From Armatimonadota bacterium (GTDB lineage: Bacteria; Armatimonadota; Hebobacteria; CAIYQO01), in NCBI GenBank assembly GCA_038248345.1, contig JBBRXO010000078.1, positions 1 through 12,949 on the forward strand: 12,949 bases of DNA, in the 5' to 3' direction. Positions within the stretch are counted from its first letter, which is position 1; every line of letters begins with the position of its first letter. The notes beneath the pieces are model-generated. The model was not told where the DNA came from. It did not search any database and saw only the letters and a list, made by a program, of their open reading frames with translations. Made by a program: the position numbers and the translations under genes. Shown here piece after piece: positions 1 to 6,281 of this stretch.

Positions 1-380
1 ACCAGCGCCAGGGCGGTGTATTTCGTCAGATCCCCCAGCAGTTTGCAGGTGGAGGCCACCCCGGGGTCCTGCATCGGCGGCAGCGACTGTGCGGTGGGGC
101 GATGGCGATGGTAGACGGTCATCAGGTTATCGACGTAATAACGATAGCCCAGGTCGGTGGGGATTCTACCCGCCGAGGTGTACGGCTGCAGCAGCAACCC
201 CAGCTCTTCCAGCCGCCCCAGCTCATTGCGCACAGTAGCGGAAGACGCCTTGATACCCGGCAACTCCGCGATAATCGCTGAACTCACCGGAAGCGCTGTC
301 GTGACATACTCCTCCACCACCGCCTGTAATATCGCCAACTGCCGGCTCGACAAAATCAACGAGTCAGCTATATTGCCCAT
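1..380 (-). CDS. hrcA: Heat-inducible transcription repressor HrcA (5' part; runs off the window edge)
   Basis: Manual translation from ATG at 380 gives MGNIADSLILSSRQLAILQAVVEEYVTTALPVSSAIIAELPGIKASSATVRNELGRLEELGLLLQPYTSAGRIPTDLGYRYYVDNLM...LLGDLTKYTALAL. This contains the HrcA winged-HTH signatures SSATxRN and QP(H/Y)TSAGRIPTDxGYRYYVD. The frame is open to the window edge. Confidence 0.95.
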   Translation of the reverse strand, partial: MGNIADSLILSSRQLAILQAVVEEYVTTALPVSSAIIAELPGIKASSATVRNELGRLEELGLLLQPYTSAGRIPTDLGYRYYVDNLMTVYHRHRPTAQSLPPMQDPGVASTCKLLGDLTKYTALAL

Positions 381-403
381 ACCTGCCCCCCAAGTTATTA
401 ATC

Positions 404-412
404 ATTATATCA
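404..412 (-). promoter_or_regulatory. Extended -10 promoter element for hrcA
   Basis: The minus strand reads TG-A-TATAAT, about 24 nt upstream of the hrcA ATG. No good -35 hexamer is present. Confidence 0.6.
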
Positions 413-493
413 TACTTGAGAGAGTCGCTAGTTGGTAGTTCGGTGGGAATGAGAAAGCTGATATGCTGGAGGATAATTGTAAAATCCTATCAT

Positions 494-519
494 TATGCTG
501 GGATTTCAATCCCAGCATA
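494..519. repeat. Perfect 12-bp inverted repeat in the hrcA/ferredoxin divergent region
   Basis: TATGCTGGGATT (494-505), spacer TC, AATCCCAGCATA (508-519). Confidence 0.85.
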
Positions 520-608
520 GTAATTGGGTCAGTACAATCACCACAAATAACCCCGACTAGCGACTAGCGACCATTGTCTTACATTTAACACATCACTAAT
601 TTTCATTG

Positions 609-617
609 TGGTATAAA
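609..617 (+). promoter_or_regulatory. Putative extended -10 for the ferredoxin gene
   Basis: TG-G-TATAAA lies about 30 nt upstream of the ATG at 648, followed by a GGAGGAG Shine-Dalgarno. Confidence 0.45.
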
Positions 618-647
618 ATGAGTACATTATGCACGGGAGGAGTTATT

Positions 648-830
648 ATGCGTCCATATGTTGATGAAGAGGCTTGTATTGGGTGTGGAACTTGTGAAGA
701 AGTTTGTCCGGCGGTGCCGAATGTATTTTTCGTTAAACAAAAATCGGGAGTTGTTCACCCGGAAGCATGCATTGAATGTGGGGCTTGCGTGGATAATTGC
801 CCCACTAGCGCCATCGAATTGAAGGATTAG
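648..830 (+). CDS. 2x[4Fe-4S] dicluster ferredoxin (60 aa)
   Basis: Two CxxCxxCxxxCP motifs (CIGCGTCEEVCP, CIECGACVDNCP). The strong SD GGAGGAG just before ATG 648 favours this start over the ORF-track start at 606. Confidence 0.95.
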   Translation: MRPYVDEEACIGCGTCEEVCPAVPNVFFVKQKSGVVHPEACIECGACVDNCPTSAIELKD

Positions 831-848
831 AGAGCTGATTACCTCACT

Positions 849-899
849 TACCGAGATGTTCCCAACGTTGCGCGTGTCCACGTTGGGAACATCTCGGTA
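849..899. terminator. Perfect 20-bp stem-loop between convergent genes; probable bidirectional terminator or 3'-end structure
   Basis: TACCGAGATGTTCCCAACGT (849-868), 11-nt loop, ACGTTGGGAACATCTCGGTA (880-899). It sits between the ferredoxin stop (830) and the mannosidase stop (912). No clear U-tract on either side. Confidence 0.6.
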
Positions 900-911
900 G
901 ACGATCTATTG

Positions 912-3900
912 TTATTCAGCGGTTGCCAGTGTCACCATGAAGGTACGAATCTCGTATGGTTTAATGGTGAAGCTAAGGCAGCGTTCCGCCGACGCCACTG
1001 GTGTCGGTTCCTGCTCCATCAGGTTACATTCGACGGCGGTGATGATTTCCGTGGGCAGGGTGATGGTCACTGGCGCCGTGGCGCCGTGACGTTCTACCAC
1101 GCGGATAACTACGTCAGCGGAATCCTCGGCCAGCTTCACCGCCTCCAGCGTCACGTGGTCGGTGTCTATCTGCAGCAAGGCATTTACCTTGGGCAGTGAG
1201 CCAGTGTGTTGCGCGGTGGAGATGACGGCCAGCGGATCGTTCAGATCGAGCGCTTGCTGCATGGTGCCACCCGCGCGCCAGACGCCCGCATGGGGGAAGA
1301 GCGAGTAGGTGAACCAGTGCTCCTCCTGATCCGAAGTTGGGTCAGGATTCATCGGCCCGCGGAGCAACGTCAAGGCCATCATGCGGTCGTAGGCCTCGTG
1401 GCCATATTTGCAGTCATTTAGCAGGCTTAACCCGGCATCTGGTTGCGACAAGTCCATCCACTGATGGGCTGCCACTTCAAATTTGGCCGCATCGAAGGAG
1501 TTATTGCGGTAGCAGCTTCGTTCGATATTTCCATAGGCGATATCGTAGGTGGCGGTGCGGGTGGTGATGTCGGTATAGAAGCGCGTCTTCAGCAGTTTTT
1601 GCTGTTCATGCCAATCTACCCATGTCTGGAAGTCCACGCGCGCGGCGTCCTGGGTGAGCACAATACGCTGCACCATGCGGGTGTTGAGGAATTGCCGTGA
1701 TACCTCGATGGCAGAACGCACGGGGCCATTTTCCACTACAGTAACGGTGGCGCCGCTGATGTTGAATTCGACATCGGTGTAGCTGGGTGCGATATCCCAG
1801 GCTTCGTATTTGCCCGGCACATCCTCATAGAGCTTCAGCACATTGCCCTTCGCCGTGGGGGTGAAGTAGTCACGCCCTGTCGCCTTATCGAGCAACGAGA
1901 TGATCTCACCCTCCCCATTGATGGTGACGCGCAGGTGGGCGTTCTCCAGCGTGGTCGGGGTCACTGCCACCGGCGCGACGACATGCCCAGGCCCCTCGAC
2001 TAGCTGATAGACAGCATAGCCGACTCCGGGCACCTGTGCGGGGAAGACCAGCAGGCGTTTACCGGTCTCATAATGGGTGATGAACTGGCAGGGGACTTCC
2101 GCACCCGCTGGATCAAGTACATGAACCTGACGCTCGGGTGTCTCCCACTGCGCCAGCGAACAACGCTCTTGTGGCTGGGCATTGAAGATTACTAGTGGTT
2201 GCCCGGCATCGCGGGTGTCGATGCGGTTGGCGATATCGCCTAAGGCCGCCTGCAGCACTCCGTTACCAGTTGCGACGGTGCGGTCATAAGCTTCCAGCAG
2301 GTCCAGATACACCGGTGGGATATGCGAGCCGGGGAGGGAATCATGGAACTGATTGTTCAGCAGTTCTATCCACCCGGCGGAAAGCTCCGTGCGCGGATAT
2401 GGCGTGCTGGCGAAGCAGGACCAGAGCTCGGCGTTGCGGTACAGGTATTCACAGCGGCGGTTGAGCTTCTTCAGGCGTGCCTTGGTGGTGTGTACGCCAC
2501 GGTGCTCTTCTAGATATAGCTCATCGTTGACGATGGGCAGGTCAGCGTCCGCCGCTCGGGCCGCGATACTGTCCAGCGCCCCTTCGATGGTATTGGATTT
2601 CGAGGGTACCAGACCGGGGAAGTCGGTGTAGCGTTTCTGGTATTCCAGCATCTCGACATCGGGGCCGCCGCCGCCATCGCCCCAACCGAAGTTGTACAGG
2701 CTTTCGTTGATAGTGGCCTTATCGGAGAAGTTCCCCCAGTGTGTCATGATATGATCCGGCTCGACGGTGCCGATAAAGTGGGTGGGCGGCACCAGGGATA
2801 GCACACGCGATCCGTCGGGGCCTTGCCACCAGAAGGTATTTTTCTTCCAGGGGTTGGTGTCGTTCCAGACGACCATCTTATGGGTGACGAAGTAGGGCAT
2901 GCCGCTGCGTAAGAGGATCTGCGGCATCGTCCAGGCATTGCCGAAGACGTCCGGGCACCAGCAGGTGCGCGGCGTGACGCCAAACTCGCGCTGAATGAAG
3001 CGGGTGCCATTGAGGATTTGCCGGACGAAAGATTCACCGGAGATGAGGTTACAGTCCGGCTCTACCCAGAAGCCGCCGATTACCTCCCAGCGCCCTTCTT
3101 TCACTCGCTGTTTCACTTCTTCGTACATCGTAGGGTAGAGCGTCTTCATCTCCTGGTACATCAGGGGCTGGCTCTGCGAGAAGATGTAGTCAGGATATTG
3201 CTCCATCAGGCGCAAGGTGGTGGCATGGGTGCGGCCCAGCTTACGGGTGAACTCCGCGTGCGTCCACAGGAAGACTACATCCAGGTGGGAGTTGCCGCAC
3301 ATATGCACCAGACCATCGTGTTTGAATTTCTCGGAGCTGTAGATCAGCTCATGCAAGACGGCTCGCGCTTTGCGGGCATTGGTGCAGAAGATCGTCGCAT
3401 CCGGCTCATTCTGATTGATATACTGGATTGCCTCGGCCATCCCAGCTTTCAGGAATTCGGCGGCGTCTTGCTCGATATTGGGCATCACCATGACGTTGTA
3501 CGCGGCGCGGAAGTCCCAGTAGGTATCGCTCATCTCCTGATCCATGACGGCGAAATAGGAGGATTCAAAGGTCTTTACCTCAGATTCGCCAAAGTGCCAG
3601 AAGATGTATGATTCGGTATCGAACTGGTATTCTTCAGCGCCGGTAGCGCAATCGGTGAGGAGCACGGTGTCGCGGAAAGGATCAAGCCCGTGGAATGGCT
3701 TGCCATCCAGCGAGAGCAGGCCGTCGCCCCCGAAGTAAACCTTCAATGCCACTTTTTTTCCTTTGAAGCGCTCCGGCATTTTGGCGGTACAGCGGAAGAG
3801 CGCACTCATATCGGGCCCGCCCCACGTCTCACCGACCTCGATAGGTTGCCAGGTATCATCGGTAAAGAGGCGTTCGCGGTGCCGGGTGAAGCGGAATCCG

Positions 3901-4070
3901 CGTTTCTCCCACCCATTGAGCGGCTCGGTATCTGGGAATATCCATTGCTTCAGCGCTTTGATCTTTATTTCAACGGTCTCTTCGAAGGAGATGATGCGGC
4001 GTTGTTTATTCTTAATCTCTTCGCGCCAGCGCCCGAGAATTTCCTCGACGCCGGAGGTTTTATTGGCCAT
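912..4070 (-). CDS. Glycoside hydrolase family 38 alpha-mannosidase (about 1052 aa, with N-terminal extension)
   Basis: GH38 motifs: GNSHLDVVFLW (Zn-ligand HxD), GRWEVIGGFWVEPDCNLISGESFVRQ, WCPDVFG (nucleophile Asp), GWGDGGGGP, ELYLEEHRG, QFHDSLPGS, and C-terminal LLNDCKYG / LTLLRGP. SD GAGGAG precedes ATG 4070 (MANKTS), preferred to 4088. Confidence 0.95.
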   Translation of the reverse strand: MANKTSGVEEILGRWREEIKNKQRRIISFEETVEIKIKALKQWIFPDTEPLNGWEKRGFRFTRHRERLFTDDTWQPIEVGETWGGPDMSALFRCTAKMPERFKGKKVALKVYFGGDGLLSLDGKPFHGLDPFRDTVLLTDCATGAEEYQFDTESYIFWHFGESEVKTFESSYFAVMDQEMSDTYWDFRAAYNVMVMPNIEQDAAEFLKAGMAEAIQYINQNEPDATIFCTNARKARAVLHELIYSSEKFKHDGLVHMCGNSHLDVVFLWTHAEFTRKLGRTHATTLRLMEQYPDYIFSQSQPLMYQEMKTLYPTMYEEVKQRVKEGRWEVIGGFWVEPDCNLISGESFVRQILNGTRFIQREFGVTPRTCWCPDVFGNAWTMPQILLRSGMPYFVTHKMVVWNDTNPWKKNTFWWQGPDGSRVLSLVPPTHFIGTVEPDHIMTHWGNFSDKATINESLYNFGWGDGGGGPDVEMLEYQKRYTDFPGLVPSKSNTIEGALDSIAARAADADLPIVNDELYLEEHRGVHTTKARLKKLNRRCEYLYRNAELWSCFASTPYPRTELSAGWIELLNNQFHDSLPGSHIPPVYLDLLEAYDRTVATGNGVLQAALGDIANRIDTRDAGQPLVIFNAQPQERCSLAQWETPERQVHVLDPAGAEVPCQFITHYETGKRLLVFPAQVPGVGYAVYQLVEGPGHVVAPVAVTPTTLENAHLRVTINGEGEIISLLDKATGRDYFTPTAKGNVLKLYEDVPGKYEAWDIAPSYTDVEFNISGATVTVVENGPVRSAIEVSRQFLNTRMVQRIVLTQDAARVDFQTWVDWHEQQKLLKTRFYTDITTRTATYDIAYGNIERSCYRNNSFDAAKFEVAAHQWMDLSQPDAGLSLLNDCKYGHEAYDRMMALTLLRGPMNPDPTSDQEEHWFTYSLFPHAGVWRAGGTMQQALDLNDPLAVISTAQHTGSLPKVNALLQIDTDHVTLEAVKLAEDSADVVIRVVERHGATAPVTITLPTEIITAVECNLMEQEPTPVASAERCLSFTIKPYEIRTFMVTLATAE

Positions 4071-4114
4071 AACAGGCTCCTCTCCCATGGGGGAAAATGT
4101 GGATTTATGCCCGC

Positions 4115-4143
4115 ATTTTACGATGAAAAAGCGGAAAATGCAA
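4115..4143 (-). promoter_or_regulatory. Sigma70-type promoter for the GH38 gene
   Basis: Minus strand TTGCAT (4143-4138), 17-nt spacer, TAAAAT (4120-4115). Confidence 0.55.
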
Positions 4144-4155
4144 GCGGTGGGATAG

Positions 4156-4199
4156 TCAAGCGAATGGGGCGGCCCGGGTGGACCGCCCCATTTGCTTGA
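4156..4199 (-). terminator. GC-rich stem-loop downstream of the ABC permease genes (terminator or mRNA-stabilising hairpin)
   Basis: TCAAGCGAATGGGGCGG (4156-4172) and CCGCCCCATTTGCTTGA (4183-4199) form a 17-bp inverted repeat with one mismatch, 25 nt past the stop at 4224. There is no immediate U-tract. Confidence 0.6.
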
Positions 4200-4223
4200 G
4201 GACTGGAGTGGAATAGCCAGCGG

Positions 4224-6278
4224 CTATTTCATCTGCGGCAGGATGATACCGCGCAGGATGATGTTCTGGCAGAAGGTAAACACCAGGAATACTGGTATCG
4301 ACGATATAACGAAGGCGGCCATGACCGCCCAGGGCATGGTGGCTGCAGTGGTGTTGAACTGATACAACCACACGGCGATTGTCCACATCTTCGGATTCTG
4401 ACAAACGACGATGGCCCATTCCCATCCGCTATAGGCACCGAGGAAACAGTTAAGGGCGATGAGCGCCAGAATCGGTTTCGAGAGCGGCATGGTGATGCGC
4501 AGGAACATCATCCATTCAGGTGCGCCATCTAGGGAAGCAGCCTCATAGAGTTCCGGCGGCAAGCTGTCGAAGAAACCTTTCAGCAGGAAGATACTCATAC
4601 CGCTGGCGATACCAGGCAAGATGAGCGCGGCATAGGTGTTCAATAGATGTAAGTCGCGCATCAGCAGGTAACCCGGAATCATGGATACCGCCGCCGGGAA
4701 GGCCATGGTGGCGAGCATGAAGAGTATGATCGCTGGCATCTGCTTCATACGGAAGCGCGAAAGCGCGTAAGCTGCGATAGGATTAATCGTGAGAGCTGCG
4801 AGCAAGGTGAGTACAATCAGCACCAGCGTGTTGAACAAAGCTCTTCCACGTAGTACGAGGAAATTCAGCACGTAGGTATAGTTGCTGGTAATTGATATCA
4901 TGCTGTAGGCCTGCTCGTTATTGATGAAGCTGACCAGGTAGGCCATATCATAGGGCATCTCGGCCTGGGTGATATCGTTTAACTTCCAGCCATAGGCGGC
5001 ATTTACTTTTTCCAGGCTGCCGTATTTTTTCAGCAGGAAATCCTGATAGGACATTTCAGCGCAATGGAGAGTTTTTGCGCTGGCTGGTACCAACCCTACA
5101 TATTCCAACCAGATGCTGCGCATCTCATCTTTGCCGTCGGGCAAGGTTGTGGCCAGGGTAACCTGTTCCCAGTTAGCGGCAGTGGTACCCAGAATTTCAT
5201 TGGTACGTTCCAGGTCATTTTTGAAGCGTGTTTGGATAAAAGTTCGATATGCGGCATTTATTTCCGGGGTGACGGTTAATTCCAGCAATCGAATCGGGAA
5301 TTGCTTTTGTACAAACTGCGTCCAGATTTCCTGTAGTTTGGCCGGTGCGGTGGCCGGTACCGGGAAGGGAATCTCATTAATATTGGTGTATGTTGTACCG
5401 AAAGTGGTGTTGAACTCTTCGGTGGTGATAATGCCGCCCGGTTTCAATTTCAGGGTGTCGCGAAGTTGAGCGCTACCGAGGAAGTTAATCCAGGTGACTT
5501 TTAACGGGTAGGGACGGGACTCACTGATCGGCATAGACTCACCGTTGGTGGCGATCCATTTTTTGTGCATACTATTGGACAAAAATTTCCTGTCACGATA
5601 AGCCTGGGCAAAAGAACCGAAATCTTTAGCACGGGCATTTCGTGCGGGCATATAACCTGGCTGGTCCCACGGAATCTGTACTTCATTCACCGTGACGTTG
5701 TAATAGGAGTCATAGGGTACCCCCCATGAATCTCCTAATCTAGCCAATCCTTCTGAATCAGATTTATCGCCGGGCATCTTATACAGTGATTTGATATAGC
5801 CGGCGGAGTCCATCAAGTTATAGCTGCATAAGGTATCGGTGATGGGGTAATCCTTATCAAAAGCATTATAGTCCGACGCCATCTGCTGTGCTTGTTTCCA
5901 CCGAGTCGGGTCACTGGCTTGACTTAGATACTGCTGGGCGAAGGTGTCAATCATGGCAGTATCTTCGCCGATGCCAGTCCAGTTTGACCACTTCGCCGGA
6001 ACATTCTGAAACTGCAGTGAAAGCATATTCAGTGAATTGCGCATCGCATCCGGGTAATACGGGACTAAACCGCGGACAAACCGTTCTTCGCGTGACCACA
6101 TGGAGCGTGGCACTATCGAGAAGCGCTGGTAATCCATCGGCGTAGCTACGGACGCCGTCAGGGTGATTAAAAACGGAATGACCATCGTTACGCCCAGGAG
6201 CGCAAGTATCACATACATTAACATGAAGAGGCTACGGACTTTCCACGACCGGCGGCCTACTGGTGATATAATCGGCAT
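4224..6278 (-). CDS. Carbohydrate ABC transporter permease (MalG/UgpE-like) with a large extracytoplasmic insertion
   Basis: N-terminal TM helix ending in VIPFLITLTAS, then about 420 hydrophilic residues, then the MalG core: NYTYVL...LFNTLV, AAYALSRF, LLNTYAALILP, FLLKGFFDSLPPELYEAASLDGA (EAA loop), ITMPLSKP, FCQNIILRGI. SD GAGGAGG lies within the end of the upstream gene. Confidence 0.92.
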   Translation of the reverse strand: MPIISPVGRRSWKVRSLFMLMYVILALLGVTMVIPFLITLTASVATPMDYQRFSIVPRSMWSREERFVRGLVPYYPDAMRNSLNMLSLQFQNVPAKWSNWTGIGEDTAMIDTFAQQYLSQASDPTRWKQAQQMASDYNAFDKDYPITDTLCSYNLMDSAGYIKSLYKMPGDKSDSEGLARLGDSWGVPYDSYYNVTVNEVQIPWDQPGYMPARNARAKDFGSFAQAYRDRKFLSNSMHKKWIATNGESMPISESRPYPLKVTWINFLGSAQLRDTLKLKPGGIITTEEFNTTFGTTYTNINEIPFPVPATAPAKLQEIWTQFVQKQFPIRLLELTVTPEINAAYRTFIQTRFKNDLERTNEILGTTAANWEQVTLATTLPDGKDEMRSIWLEYVGLVPASAKTLHCAEMSYQDFLLKKYGSLEKVNAAYGWKLNDITQAEMPYDMAYLVSFINNEQAYSMISITSNYTYVLNFLVLRGRALFNTLVLIVLTLLAALTINPIAAYALSRFRMKQMPAIILFMLATMAFPAAVSMIPGYLLMRDLHLLNTYAALILPGIASGMSIFLLKGFFDSLPPELYEAASLDGAPEWMMFLRITMPLSKPILALIALNCFLGAYSGWEWAIVVCQNPKMWTIAVWLYQFNTTAATMPWAVMAAFVISSIPVFLVFTFCQNIILRGIILPQMK

Positions 6279-6281
6279 AAC

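Noticed and set aside
341..368. Imperfect inverted repeat GCCGGCTCG...CGAGTCAGC at the start of hrcA, considered as a CIRCE
   Set aside because: The arms and spacing (12 nt between CTC and GAG, not 9) do not match CIRCE, and it lies in coding sequence.
157..438. 93-aa plus-strand ORF
   Set aside because: It is the antisense shadow of hrcA, which has clear family motifs on the minus strand.
554..571. CGACTAG tandem repeat as a CRISPR array or VNTR
   Set aside because: Only about 2.5 units of 7 bp, with no spacers and no cas genes.
627..881. 84-aa minus-strand ORF
   Set aside because: It is antisense to the ferredoxin, starts inside the hairpin and has no motifs.
909..4425. Numerous short ORFs overlapping the GH38 gene and its upstream region (e.g. 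3018-3611, 3690-4199, 3763-4155, 4156-4425)
   Set aside because: These are shadow or alternative-frame ORFs typical of GC-rich coding DNA, with no recognisable domains.
4884..6146. MalG insertion as a fused active GH42 glycosidase
   Set aside because: Only the helical-subdomain motif recurs. I see no TIM-barrel catalytic motifs or Cys-rich Zn site, so a catalytic role is unsupported.
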